Assembly (NCBI GenBank): GCA_026914245.1
Contig: CP110439.1
Location: 3,534,001-3,598,000, forward strand
Direction of reading: 5' to 3'
Origin: Puccinia triticina
Lineage: Eukaryota
Length of the DNA: 64,000 nucleotides
This document shows, piece by piece, positions 1-11,691 of the stretch. The first letter of the stretch is position 1, and every line of letters starts with the position of its first letter. The notes beneath the pieces were generated by a model, which saw only the letters and a list, made by a program, of their open reading frames with translations, was not told the origin of the DNA and did not search any database. Both the position numbers and the translations under genes were made by a program.

Positions 1-308
1 TTCTCGTTCTCGTCATTGATAACGCTGGTGAAAATTGCGTTGGAGAGCGCTTCGCTTAGGATGCTGCAAGTTCGAAGGGCACCTTGGAGTTCTTCATTGT
101 CCGGTTCTTTTGGTAAGGGCTCCTTGATGTAGGTCTCAAGTCGACGAGGTCTGAGATGCATTTTAATTTTCCTTTCCCATAGTGGGAAGTTGGTCCCGTC
201 GAATTTGGGGACGTTGACATGATCCTTGTCTGGGCTGTACGCGTCACTTTTGGCCGGAGCTGGAGTGCGTTCAGTGCTGCTGCTCGGGCCTTGGTTTTGC
301 GTGTTGGC

Positions 309-407
309 TGTTGAGGTGAAAAACCTTAAGTTGAATTACTCCTTCACGCCCGCCTCTTGACTACACCATACTCCAAATGTGGAGTTTGTCCACCGCACAC
401 TACTACA
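309..407 (-). repeat. 3' LTR of inner copia
   Basis: Direct repeat of 5188-5286, adjacent to the polypurine tract. Confidence 0.95.
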
Positions 408-609
408 CCCCCCCTCAAACTCCACACCTCTAAGTACAAACTGAAAGAAATTGAGGAAACAAAACAATGAAAAAGAACTCAATCAAAACAACAGAATTAA
501 AAGAAACTGAAGAAATTGGAAAGAGGACAATTGAGAAGTTAGGGGGATTTTTTCAGAAAGGTAGAGAAACAATACGGAATCGGAGAGAGACAAAAAGATA
601 ACAAAAAAT

Positions 610-3600
610 TTAAACATAAATTCTTGACATGGATGTTGCATGGAGGTTCGCCCTGAGAGATTTGGTGAAGAAGTCCGCCCAATTTTCCGTAGTCAATACC
701 CAGTTCAAGCCAATGTTGTGTTCCCGGACCGCATCATTTACAAAGAAGAAATTTCGTTCCAAGCTCTTCATGCGTCCCTTGGAAGCATTGTCGTCCGATA
801 TGAGAACAGCCGCCCGATTGTCGCAATTGATCTTGAGTTTTGGGTTGACTTCGAGCGATCGAAGAATGGGTATCAGGAATAGCAAGAAATCTACAGAACA
901 TCCGAGGGATATGAATTCCGCTGCGCACGTGGAAGTCGCCACGACTTTCTGACGACGGGATCCCCATGCCACCGGGCTGCCGAACAACGTGATGATGAAG
1001 CCGGACGTCGATCGCTGAAATTCTCCCCCCCAATTCGCATCCACCCAATTGACCAGTTCGTCGCCAGTCGGTCGTAGACGGAGCTGTTTCGATTTGGTGG
1101 TGTTGATATATTGTACTAAGTGAGACAGAGAATTCCAATGTGAATCGTTCGGGTTTGAACTAAATCGAGCCAAGTAATTCACCGCAAAGCTGATATCCGG
1201 CCTGGTCCCCAATGCGAGGTAATTAATTGAACCTATGAGCGACTGATACAAGGTTGCTGAGACTGGTTCCCCCCAAGATGTCGAGAGACTTTCGCCGGGA
1301 AGTGGAGTGTGGACTGGAACCAGGTTTGGGTTCACTTCATCTTGATATTTCTTGACTAGCTGTTCAATCAGAAGATGCTGGCTGAGTAAAATCAAATCTT
1401 CTTCGTACTCCAAACGTATGCCGACCAACTTGTCGGGTTCAGCATCCCATTTTACCCTCAGGCTCATCTCCATCTTCTCATGAAACAGATTGATATCCCC
1501 TTGATGATTTCCGAAAACAATCCCATCGTCAACGTGTATCCACACGATTATGACCGAATTTCCTTTCTTGTACCGATACAGGCATTCTTCTACTTCGTCA
1601 CACTCGAATCCCCATTTGTGTAAGAGGCCCTTGAAGTGTTTCCACCAGCACCTGCTGGCTTGGCGGGTTCCGTACAGTGCCTTTTTCAGACGAAGCACTT
1701 TTCCTGCTAAGTGAGGAAACAGGTCCACCGGGGGATCGGCGTAAATTGTTTCGTCAATGGGGCTGTGGACAAACGCCCCGGTTATGTCAAAGGAGTTGAT
1801 TTTCCACTTGTTCTTGATGGCGAGGGTCAAGAGGACCCGGAGCGTCGAGAGTGATGCCGTAGGTGCAAACGTCGACCTTACGTCCTTGCCTAAGCGTTGT
1901 TTGAAACCCCTCACAACGAATCTCGCATTGAGCTTGTTGATTGAACCGTTGGTATTCCTTTTGATGTCAAATACGAATCGTGTGCCTATTGAGTGCTTGT
2001 TCTCCTTGTCTTCGATTTCAAACGTGTCGATGTCTTCCAGCTGAGACCATTCCGTGATGCAGGCCTTGCGCCACTCGGCTGCAGCCGGACATCTTAGAGC
2101 CGCCTTGAGGGATGTCGGTATTTCTGCGTCAGCTATGGCCTGAAGACGCTCGACTTGGTCGTCTTGCTCTTCACATATCTCCTTGGTGCGCTCTTGTCCA
2201 AGCGTCAGGACTCTACAAACGATAGGATTGTTAGCAAGTGTAGATGGCGCAGGAAAGATTGGTCTTCCTTGGAAATCAAGAAAGGTGGCACACTCAGAAT
2301 TGACCACTTTCTTCGTCACGGGATTCCAAAAGAACCATCCCCTCTCGTCGTCTTGGTAGCCGACAAGGTAGCCTGTCCAGCCGCGCTGATCCAACTTCCT
2401 ACGGCGTTCCTTAGGTATGTGGATAGATGCTCGAGCCCCGAAGGGATAAAACGATTGGGCTTCAGGTTGTCGGCCTGACCACAACTCGAGAGGGGTAGTC
2501 TTGCAGCGTTGATTGGACAGACGGTTAACCAGGAAGCATGCGCACCGGTATGCATACGACCAGAGATTGGAAGGCAGTTCGGAGTGTGCAAGGGTCGATC
2601 TCGCAATATCACCAAGAGTCCGGTTGAGTCTCTCGGCTTCGCCATTCTGTTCAGGAGTCTACGGCGATGTGAAGATTAACTGAGTTCCTACGGATTCGAG
2701 ATAAGAGTTCAATGAATGTATAGTGTATTCCTTGGCGTTGTCGCAGCGTATGAATTTGGGGGCCGAACTAAAGTGCAGGATGATTTTCTTGATTAGAGCA
2801 GTGATGATTTGTGGAACTTCCGCACGGGATTTCATTGGAAAAACAAAAGAAAAGGTTGTCGCATGATCTCGGATGGTGAGGAGGAAACGGTTGCCGGAGA
2901 TATCTGGATCGAAAGGCCCCATGACATCGGTTACCAAAAGATCAAGTTGGTTTTCCCGGGGAATGACTTCCGGAAGAGAGTGTCTACGGCGCTCGCTTTT
3001 TGTTTGTTTGCATGTTTCGCAGACGAATGGTTGCCATGATTTCAAGTCGAACGTCGGCACAAACCGGCGGAGAAATTGTTTGACAATGTCGTCCGATACG
3101 TGGCCAAGTCAACAATGCCAGTCGTAAGATGGGACCGTGGGCTTAGAAGAAGAGCGGGTGGATACTTGATATGCATTAGGATGGAAGAAATTGAAAGAGT
3201 CGGGAGATACCGTCCACGTGCGGTTTTGATAGCGAGCAGTGATGGAAGCGAAAGAAGAGTTGAGGATAATGTCATGGTTGGGAAGGAACCGAGGCTGGAA
3301 ACCGGAGTCAATGAGTTGTCCGAGACTAAGGAGTGTACCCAACATCTCCGGGCTGAACAGTACCTTCGGGATGGTTAGGGTACCAACCCCATTGACCATC
3401 TTCAGGTGTCCACTGTGGGTCGCCAACATCGAACCGGTGGAGGACGCCAGATTCAGCTTTATGGCTGGATTGAGCGGACGAAGAAAAGAAAATGAAGGGA
3501 AAGATCCGCTCACGTGGTGGGTCGCCCCAGAATCCAAAACCGTGCCTGCGCTAGTCGTACCAGTTGCATCCGCGCCCACCGCTGACCAAACCGCCGCATT

Positions 3601-5115
3601 CTGATCAAGACCGGTGGGTGGGTTGTTCGGTGGTACGACCTGACGGGCGAAACCGGAAGCGGGGCGACCGTAAGGGGGAGTGTTGGGAGGAGGCAGTTTG
3701 GCGTCGCTGCGGAGTGTTGGGCATGACGATCTCCAGTGTCCTTCCACTCCGCAGTAAGAGCAGGGTTTGCCTGCAAATATCGTCTTGTCGGTGGGTCCTT
3801 GGTTCCCTTTCCGTATATTGTTGATAGCTGCTGATATGTCATCAACGGTCGGATTACCGGGTCTTCCGACGTTTTGTTGTCTGGGGTTGCCTTGACTGTT
3901 GGATTGGAAAGGTCGTTGTTGTGGTCTGCTGGTCGGTGGTTGCTGAGGCTGTTGTTGTCTCGGTCTGTTCCAGTTCGGTTGTGCGTTCGCAAAATGTGGA
4001 GGAAATGATCTGAACACAGAGACGTTTTGAGGCTGTGTTGCGTCAAACCGGCTGCTCTCACCGTACGCCGACGTAATGATGGTCTGGATATCTTGAGCCG
4101 TGACGTCCTTCTTTTCGCCCAACTGAAGCGAAACGTTCTGGAACAGTTGTGATCTCGACATGTTCGGCGGAGGTGGAGCGATCGCTTGGAGAAACAGGCT
4201 CTCGACCAGGGGAGACAGACCTGCCTGGACGTTCTTGAGGTCTGAGAACACATCAAATACCTTGTTGAAAAGTCCCTGAACTTGGGACGGGTCGGTCGTA
4301 GGTCCAGTGATTCGGAATTCAAGCAAACGGTCAACGAGTTCCATCTGTTGAAAACGTATCGTCCCTTGAAAGTTGGACTGAACAGCATCAAAAGCCTCGG
4401 TGCCCTTTGTGTACCTATCAACGAGGGATGATAGTTCATCGTGTACCGATATTTGGATGAGGTAAAGCAAACAATTCTCCTCCTGGACCGATAACTTTCT
4501 GTAGTTTTCCTTATTTTTGAAAAAAGCCGCATGACTGAGTGTCAACAGAATTACTCGGGAGATATCCCATTTCCACTTATTGAAGTTAGACCCGTCCGCC
4601 GCGAGTTGCTCGATTTCGGATTTGTACACACTCGGTTGTTGAAGAAATTTGTTCCTCGGCGTTATGTCGGTCGTTGTTGCCTGTGACATGGAAGAAACGC
4701 TTTCGGGCCTCGAATGTGTTGATATTTCCGATTCCGTGGGTGAATGGGGTTCCAATGAGTTTCTAGGTATGTTGGCCTCTGGTCTGTACTTGGGTTTTGG
4801 GATGACAGCTGTGATAGGTAGGCCGAATGGATTTGGGATAGTTTGATAACCGGGGAGGAATACAGCTGAAGAAGACTTGTTCTCGTCGATGTGTCGGGTT
4901 ACTGTCTTGGAAAAAACGTATGAGATGGCCGATATGAATGGAGAGGGGGGACGATCGATTTCAAGAGGGTCGGGTTTCTCTTTGACGGGAGAAGGAGGGA
5001 GTGGGGGTAGTTCGAGAAGCGCCTTGTAGGCCTTCGTTTGCTTTGGTCGTTTCGCACGAGTTGGTGGAAGAAGTGGTCCCGAGAGTTCAGGTTGTTCTCG
5101 ACGGGTTCTGACCAT
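610..5115 (-). pseudogene. Copia gag-pol polyprotein in one frame with two premature stops (3109-3111, 2659-2661)
   Basis: CSYCGVEGHWRSSC knuckle, LDSGATHH protease, WHC*LGH / CETC / DVMGP / RCDNAKEY / SP*TPEQNG integrase, FDITGAF...LYG...IHVDD RT, VDANWG...CDN RNase H. Confidence 0.95.
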
Positions 5116-5151
5116 AAACTGTGCCGGAAGATGCCGATAATCGATTGATGA

Positions 5152-5187
5152 AGGCTAAGCCGGTTGGTAGACTGTCGACTCTTAATC
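5152..5187 (-). promoter_or_regulatory. Primer-binding site of inner copia, complementary to the 5' half of tRNA-Lys(CUU)
   Basis: + strand ...GGCTAAGCCGGTTGGTAGACTGTCGA-CTCTTAA-TC abuts the LTR. There is no TGG-type PBS. Confidence 0.7.
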
Positions 5188-5286
5188 TGTTGAGGTGAAA
5201 AAACTTAAGTTGAATTACTCCTCCACGCCCGCCTCTTGACTACACCATACTCCAAATGTGGAGTTTGTCCACCGCACACTACTACA
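5188..5286 (-). repeat. 5' LTR of inner copia
   Basis: Direct repeat of 309-407, adjacent to the PBS. Confidence 0.95.
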
Positions 5287-5340
5287 TTGGCCATTCTATC
5301 CTGCTTTCAGCTGCGTTGGTGGAGAGGTCCGCTTGAGCGT

Positions 5341-5356
5341 CGCGAGACTGTAAATC
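5341..5356 (-). promoter_or_regulatory. Primer-binding site of host copia, complementary to a tRNA-Tyr(GUA) anticodon arm
   Basis: + strand CGCGAGA-CTGTAAA-TC reads as an anticodon stem, a 7-nt loop with GTA and the first bases of the 3' stem. Confidence 0.6.
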
Positions 5357-6118
5357 TAAAAGAATCCAAGCAACTGAAAGATTGTATTGCTTGTTAGATA
5401 ACTATGTACATGTATAGTGATCTGACTAGAGAGATTTGAGTAGAGGGACAGCGGCACAATCATGTACCTGAAAGCAGGGCAGAACGTGCCCGGGATCTAT
5501 GTCTTGAGAGTGAGAAAGGAAGTTGTGCGCTTAGCGCAGGCTTTGCCGGTTGACGTTTGTGCGTGCGGTGAAAAGTCGGGTCTAAGCCAAGTTATCGTAG
5601 TAACTTCGTCTTATCCTGTCTGAACGCCTGAGATGCGTCTGTTTCTGTTGGTCATTCAATTAAGATGCTGTTTTAGTTTTCTTTTGTGTCTTTTGTTTGT
5701 TCTTGGTCTGTTGTGTCTGCACTTACGGGTAGCATTAGCTTCCGACAGTCTGGCCAGTAGATCTGGCTGGTTCTTGGGTCCAAGTTGATCCGCAAGAGTT
5801 CTACGAAGGAACGCGCTCAAGTTAGCCTTAGGGTTTAAGTCTGCTTGGCGCTTGCTCTTGGGACGTACAAGGTTCTGTGCTTGTGCTGTGCTTGTCTTTG
5901 GGCTGGGACTGATAAGGTTCTGGTCTGGTTCGCTACTGTAATTGTCAAGCAATACTTTGGCGTTAGCTTCCATGGTTAGGGCTAGGGTCTGGGGGTCTGG
6001 GGTCTGGACTGCGAAAGGGCTTACCTTTCTTTGCAGCTGGGCTTGGGCTTGCGCCTCGGGCTATCCGCGCGAGCTTCCTTAGCGGTTGCTGCGGGTGGAC
6101 TTGGTCTGTATTCCTACA
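5357..6118 (-). repeat. Putative 5' LTR of host copia (TG...TA ends)
   Basis: Minus-strand ends TGTAGGAATAC and GGATTCTTTTA form an imperfect 11-bp inverted repeat, directly followed by the PBS. The partner LTR is outside the window, so the boundaries are inferred. Confidence 0.55.
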
Positions 6119-6341
6119 ATTTGACATTGCGCACTATGCATATTCATCTACCAGACAAAAGGTTCCGTGCACCACAATTGTAAATAGAAGGGAGGAAGAA
6201 TAACAGTAATTCTGGCGAAGATGCAGTATTGAGAAAAAGAAAGGGTAGGAGGTGGGAACAGGAGAAAAGAGAGAAGAGAGAGAAGGGGGAGGGAGGGAGT
6301 TGGATCCGGAGAAAGAGGTCGAATACTGGAGAGATAGGTGG

Positions 6342-9300
6342 TTATTGGTGGGAACCGTCGGTGTCGTCGGCCCGCCGGAAGGAGGGGAGCCTCGCCGATG
6401 TTTTGATGAAAGCTTCCGTAGCCCTGGAGGCCCTGGCGTCGTGGAGAAGGGTTCTGGTCGTAATTTCAGTGATCCTTTCCTTGAGAAGCAGTCGCCTGGC
6501 AGTCATCCTGGCCTCTCTGTACCTAGAGCAAGCCACAAGATAGTGATCAACTGTCTCGGGGACTCCGCAAGATAAGCAGATAGGGTATGGCGCCCTTCTG
6601 CATTTGAATTGGAAAAAGTTCAAGGGGACATGACCTGATCTCAATTGATGAAAAGCAGCCTGGACAGGGAAGGGCACCCTTGGCGATCCTTTCCAGACCC
6701 TCTCCTTCCTGATTAGCCTTGCCTTCTCCGTCGCGATGCTGCCTTTGATTGAGTCGTCCAGCAGAATTGGGCATCTTGCCTCTGCTGCCTTTTTGTCCGC
6801 CAGTTTGTTACCCGCAATTCCCACATGTCCCGGGCACCACCGGATCAAGATCTGTGTGGAACAGGGGATGGTGTCAGCCACTTCCTGGATTTGGGACAAT
6901 AAGTACTGGCCCGGCTTGGGGGCCCTGGGAGAGTTTAATCTTTCAATAGCCGCTTGGCTATCCGTCAACAGAATTAGCCGCGCCCCTGCACTAGGCAGGC
7001 GTGCCTCGCTTCCTATTTCCAGTCCTAATTGTATGCCTACTAATTCGCATTCGAAGTTTGACGCCGTGCCCGGAGCGCCTAAAAAGGCGAGCTTGGACAG
7101 CGCGCCGTCCTTGGAGAATGCTGCCGCTCCTAACCCCTCCTCGGGGTGAGCGGAACCGTCCGTGAATATCACAAGATCAGATGTTGGGTTTACGGTTTCA
7201 AGAAAGGAGATTACTGCTCTTTTGGCTTTGGGTTTGGAGGCCCTGTTGATGACCAGCTGGATATCTCTTCCCGTCTTCCAAGGGGGGGAATCTTCTGGAA
7301 TGAAATCCACAGATTCCAGGTTCTTTGCCGCCGCGATGGCCAGCTCCGCTCAAGAGAGCGCGGCGTGGACAGGACTAGGAAAGGACCTAGCCGGCCACAA
7401 CAGCTCCGTTCGAATCTGTTTTTCAATCTCTGAAGCCCTGTGCGTGAATCTGGTCAGTTTCGAGATGAAGAAGTTGGCAATCCTGTTTTCGGCTGTCTTC
7501 CTGATGCTCCTGAAAGGTCAATACTTGTCTAGATATTTGATTGGGGTGGACTTCAGTACCCCCAGCGCGAACCGGGTTGCCGAGTGTTTGATCAGCTCCA
7601 GGAGCGTCGTCACCTTCCGCTTGTTCTGGGAAATGAACCAGACTTGCACTCCGTACAGCACTCTGGGGACCAGGACCGCCGAGATCAGGAGCCCGCGCTC
7701 CTGTTCCTGCAAACCCCACGTTGAGCTGCCTATTTTCAAGAGTTGGCTGAGGGTGTCATCTGCCTTCTTTTTAACCTGCGCGATTTGTTTGCCAAATGTC
7801 AACTTTTCATCCACCCACAAACCCAGCCACTTTACATTGCGCTGTGGTTCGAGCTCCTGTCCATCAAAAAGGAAATGGGACTTAGCCAATTTAGAGTGTG
7901 TAAAGACCATAAACTGCGCCTTCTTGCTGTCAAAGATAGCGCCATGAGTCCTACCCCATTGTAGAGACTCCTCGCCCAGTCATGTCAACTGTGATCTGGC
8001 CTCACCGCAGGTCTTGCCTGCTGTGAGATGAACCACGTCGTCGATGAAGCCAAGAGAGACTACGTCCCCATCAAAGTCGAAGGTTTTGATTAACAGATCA
8101 GAATTATACAAGATATAGAGGATGACGGATAAGGGCGAGCCCTGTGGGAGTCCCTTATCCAGGTTAAACTCAGCTGATTCGTAGTCCGAGAGGCGAAGCT
8201 TGGTACGACGCTGGTCTAGAAACCGGTCTATGATTTTCCACAGGTAAGTGGGGCACCCCTTCTGCCAAAGGGAATGAACCAGGCGATGGGGGTTGACTGA
8301 AGGGTACGCCGACTTCACGTCGAGGAACAGTCCCGTGACTGTCTTACCCTCCCTCCACTTCTGTTTAATCCACATGGTGAGCGCCATGAGTGCGTCCTCG
8401 CAGCCTTTTCCTCGACGGCCACCCGAGTGCCCGTTGGGGATGATGTCGTTAGATTCTGCCCAAAAGGTGACGCGATCAGCAATGATGGACTCAAAGACTT
8501 TGCTAAGGGTGCTGAGGAGGGCTATGGGTCGGTACGCCCCTGGGTTAGTGTAGTCCGCCTTTCCAAATTTCCGTATGATCACAGTAGTCGCGGAACGCCA
8601 TGCCGTGGGGAAGCAGTCTTCTCTAATGCATCTATTGAATAACAAGGAAAAGGTGTCAGCCACTTCGTCTTTAATTAACGTGAGGATTTCATTAGGGATC
8701 CGGTCGGGGCCTGAAGCCTTTTTCTTAGCCAATCGTCCTAAAACTCCCAGTACCTCCTCCCGAGAGATGGAGGGATACACTACAAAGGTTGACGTTTCCC
8801 TTGGGGGAATATCCGATAGATCGCAGTAGCTGTCGACTACTGACGTCCCGGCAAAGAGCAACTTTGCCTGGTCCTCCCTGCTGGAGGTCACTTCGCCACT
8901 AGGGGCTCGTAGTGGGAGTATGCCCCTGCCGCTTCTGGGTTTGGTGAACTGGAAGGCCTGGTAAACGGTAGTCGCATCAGAGGAGGCCAGGAAATTCCTC
9001 CAGTGTTCCTGCTTGAGAAAATTAACCTCCTCGCGGAACTTGCCGTTCCAGTAATTGAAGCGGTCCGCGTTTTCCTGCGTTGGGTCCATCAGCAGAAGCC
9101 GTCGACATTTATTCCGGGTTTTAACAAGGGGACTCAGCTTGTCCTTGTCCCACCACTTTTTCACTTTTCCATGGTCGATCCGGACCTTCTTTCCCTGGCT
9201 TTGCCAGGCGTCAAACAAGCAGGCCGTCAACTGCCTCTCAAAACTGTCAACGTCTAAAACGGGAGATGCAGTGCTTAGCTGGCTCAGACTGGTCTTCACC

Positions 9301-10160
9301 CGTCTCCGGAGCTCTACACAATCAAGGTCCGCCGGTCTGGGGGCTATCCAACGATAGGCTGGTCCGGGAGGAGCCTGTCTCAGCGTCGTGACGAGCTTCT
9401 GATGATCGGACCCGTGATTGTCCGAGGTGGTGCTACCGCCGTGGATCAGGTGTGAGTCCCGGAAATTTGCCCAAGTGAGGTCGATGGTAGTCCTTGATCC
9501 CCGGCTGGACAAAAAGGTAGGAGCATCTTTTTCAGAAACGAACCTGTATCCGTGTTTCCCGCACAAAGAAACGAGAAACTTAGCGTCTTTGTGCACATGG
9601 TGGTACCCCGGCGGGTTCCACAAGCGATGATGAAGGTTGGAGTCCATCCCGATTATCGTTGCAACCCGCCTATCGTTTGAGCCTTCCAGCCGTCCTCGGA
9701 GCTGGTCAATACCTGCGGACGTGCCTGGTGGATTATAAACATTTAGGACCCGCAGTCGGGTCCCAGTTAGTAACATGATCTCCAAGGCAATAAAAAACTT
9801 ACTGTTGCCACCCGAAACTGTGACATTTTGGGAGGCAATGGATTTTTGGACATAGGACACAGCCCGGTGCTTGTCCCTGAGGTCCTTCAGCTGATGTTCC
9901 GGGCTGTAGAATGTCCACCACGCTTCGTGGTCAGGAGGCAAACAAGTCAATGGGTTAATCCAGGGTTCCTGTAAGGTGAGAAAGATCACCGAGTCTGGCT
10001 TGGTGTTAAGAATACTATAGGTAGTTGCTCGACTATTGTGGCAGTTCAACTGCACAATAATAGAGGGCACAAAGGTTTCATTGCATGAAACAAGAGGAAA
10101 GGAGTCTACAACAGAGTTACTAGGACAAATATGTGTTAGTGTAGGGTTTATATTATTCAT
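6342..10160 (-). pseudogene. LINE ORF2 (endonuclease-RT-RNase H) with in-frame stops at 7980-7982 and 7518-7520
   Basis: QLNCH, LQEPW, GMDSNLHH, SDH (APE); YRPIALL, PQGSPLS, GFIDD (RT); FTDGS...E...TDSQ...WCPGH (RNase H); CLSCGVPETVDHYLVAC. The three ORF pieces share one frame. Confidence 0.93.
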
Positions 10161-11430
10161 GTTGGAGATGATTTTTAGAAAGTAGCCATGCCCGTTTGAC
10201 CTCACACGCCTTATCAAAAGGCGTGTGGGTTTCCCATGCACCCTTCCCCTTCCCTGCGTCTCTGCAGATCACGCAAATCTTCCCCGCCAGGATCGCATCG
10301 TCCTGACAATCACGCGTCTCGTGCTTTTCGCCGCACTTTCCGCATTTGGGGTCCGCCCGGCACCACTTCCCGAAGTGGCCCATTTGCAAGCATTTGAAGC
10401 ATTGCGGTGGGAGTTTCTTGAAACGTTCTACTCTATGGAAGCACTCATTCAAAAAGAGACCTCTCTGTTTTACCAGGAGATCAGCTATCGGCGGTTCTGT
10501 AAGGGAGATGACGACTGTACCGGCTTGCCGAGGGTCCGCCGGGTCCCTGGACCCTCCTAACCACCTCATCCTGAAGATTTTGTCTACCAAGAATCCGTTA
10601 TCCGACACAATGGAGATCTTGACGGTTGACGCGTCGACGTTGAGAGTGCGGGGAATGCCATGAGCGAGGATGGAATATGTACTCGGTGATGCCTTGAGGT
10701 CGGGGTGCACCTGCTTGCTCCATTCATGTTTGTTCTGATTGAGCCATTCTTTTTGCTTGCGATTCTTAGAGTAGAAAGAGACATCACCAGACGGGAGGAA
10801 TCGGACCGCTTTAACCAAGACCTTTTTGCCCTGGACCGTCGCGTTCATCTTTTCAAGGACCTCATTGACTTTCCTGACCGTGATTTCCGCGCCTACTTCC
10901 TTCAGCGGGGCGGTTCCGGATCTTGCGTGGATAATAGTGAGGCCGGGGCGGGCCGCGACCATCTTGGCCTTGGTCGGAGGGAGAGGTGGGACTTTCGGCT
11001 TGGCTGCAGTCAAAGCGTAGGACTTGACCGGTGCGGGCTGTTTGCACGGCAGTTGTCCTGCCTCAATGGTTGTGACGCGTCCCGGAAGTTCGCGGAGGTC
11101 CGCCATTGCGCGTTTCATTTCCTGCATGGTCTGGCACATTTCCTCCATCGTTCGTAGGATCTTGCGTTTTTGCTCGGCTTCGCTGTCCAGGAGCTGCAGC
11201 AGCAGGGACATAAGCATCGTGTCCATGACAACTTTTCCGTCGTGGGTCTGGTTTTCCGGGCGGGCCAGGAGGGATTGGAGAAATGAGGCCGACGTCGGCT
11301 CTGTTGCTGGGGTCGCAGGGGGCGCTGGTAGGCGAGCATCGAGGGGTCGGCGCAATTCAGAGGCAGAGGTCATGACAATGTCGGGCGACGCGTCGTTGGC
11401 GGCATGCGCGTCCCGGAGGTTGTGGATCAA
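10153..11430 (-). CDS. LINE ORF1 (Gag-like nucleic-acid-binding protein); true start uncertain
   Basis: Coiled-coil region, then QCFKCLQMGHFGKWC, CGKCGEKHETRDC and CVIC...H...C. Confidence 0.88.
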   Translation of the reverse strand: MIHNLRDAHAANDASPDIVMTSASELRRPLDARLPAPPATPATEPTSASFLQSLLARPENQTHDGKVVMDTMLMSLLLQLLDSEAEQKRKILRTMEEMCQTMQEMKRAMADLRELPGRVTTIEAGQLPCKQPAPVKSYALTAAKPKVPPLPPTKAKMVAARPGLTIIHARSGTAPLKEVGAEITVRKVNEVLEKMNATVQGKKVLVKAVRFLPSGDVSFYSKNRKQKEWLNQNKHEWSKQVHPDLKASPSTYSILAHGIPRTLNVDASTVKISIVSDNGFLVDKIFRMRWLGGSRDPADPRQAGTVVISLTEPPIADLLVKQRGLFLNECFHRVERFKKLPPQCFKCLQMGHFGKWCRADPKCGKCGEKHETRDCQDDAILAGKICVICRDAGKGKGAWETHTPFDKACEVKRAWLLSKNHLQHE

Positions 11431-11613
11431 GTCCGAGAGAACCTGACCTGATCCAGGGCGGATACCGGGAGGGGGGTCGAGGGGGGGGGGGGGGGGGGTC
11501 GCCAGTGGGCATAGGGAAAAAGAAGTTCTGTCAGGGGCGAGGAGTGTTTATAGGATTTGGGGGTGTGGGGGGTAGATTTTAAAAAAATTCGACGTGGTTG
11601 CAGACAGAACTCG

Positions 11614-11691
11614 AGACAACAGGAGGGGTTGAACACAGGATCTTAAACAAGATCAAGATCAACCTTAAGGTAGCCTTTAGCCATTGGGTTA
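11614..11691 (-). repeat. tRNA-like (A-box/B-box) repeat, copy A
   Basis: 70/78 ungapped identity to 47169-47246. TAACCCAATGG is A-box-like and GTTCAACCC is B-box-like. No intact cloverleaf. Confidence 0.6.

Larger units (their letters stand above)
309..5286 (-). mobile_element. Full-length Ty1/copia retrotransposon with 99-bp LTRs
   Basis: LTRs at 309-407 and 5188-5286 (TG...CA, 2 mismatches). TTGGC TSD at 304-308 and 5287-5291. PPT at 408-415. Domain order gag-PR-IN-RT-RH. Confidence 0.97.
1..6118 (-). mobile_element. Host Ty1/copia LTR retrotransposon, 5' part only (continues off the left edge), interrupted by a second copia
   Basis: Removing 309-5286 plus one TTGGC copy rebuilds ATG(5294)-MANTQNQGPSS...VPKFDGTNFPLWERKIKMHL..., a copia Gag N-terminus open to the window edge. 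Putative 5' LTR and tRNA-like PBS lie upstream. Confidence 0.8.
6170..11580 (-). mobile_element. Non-LTR retrotransposon (Tad1-like LINE with RNase H); ends approximate
   Basis: ORF1 has three Cys-His knuckles. ORF2 has APE-RT-RNase H-CCHC. Pyrimidine-rich UTRs. No clear tail or TSD seen. Confidence 0.92.

Noticed and set aside
3109..3111. Programmed stop-codon readthrough in the copia polyprotein
   Set aside because: The stop lies inside the conserved WHxRLGH motif and a second stop replaces Tyr in PYTPEQNG, so simple mutation is the better explanation.
3510..4532. 340-aa alternative-frame ORF and the many antisense ORFs over the copia, LINE and gypsy genes
   Set aside because: These are shadow frames of GC-rich coding DNA with no recognisable motifs.
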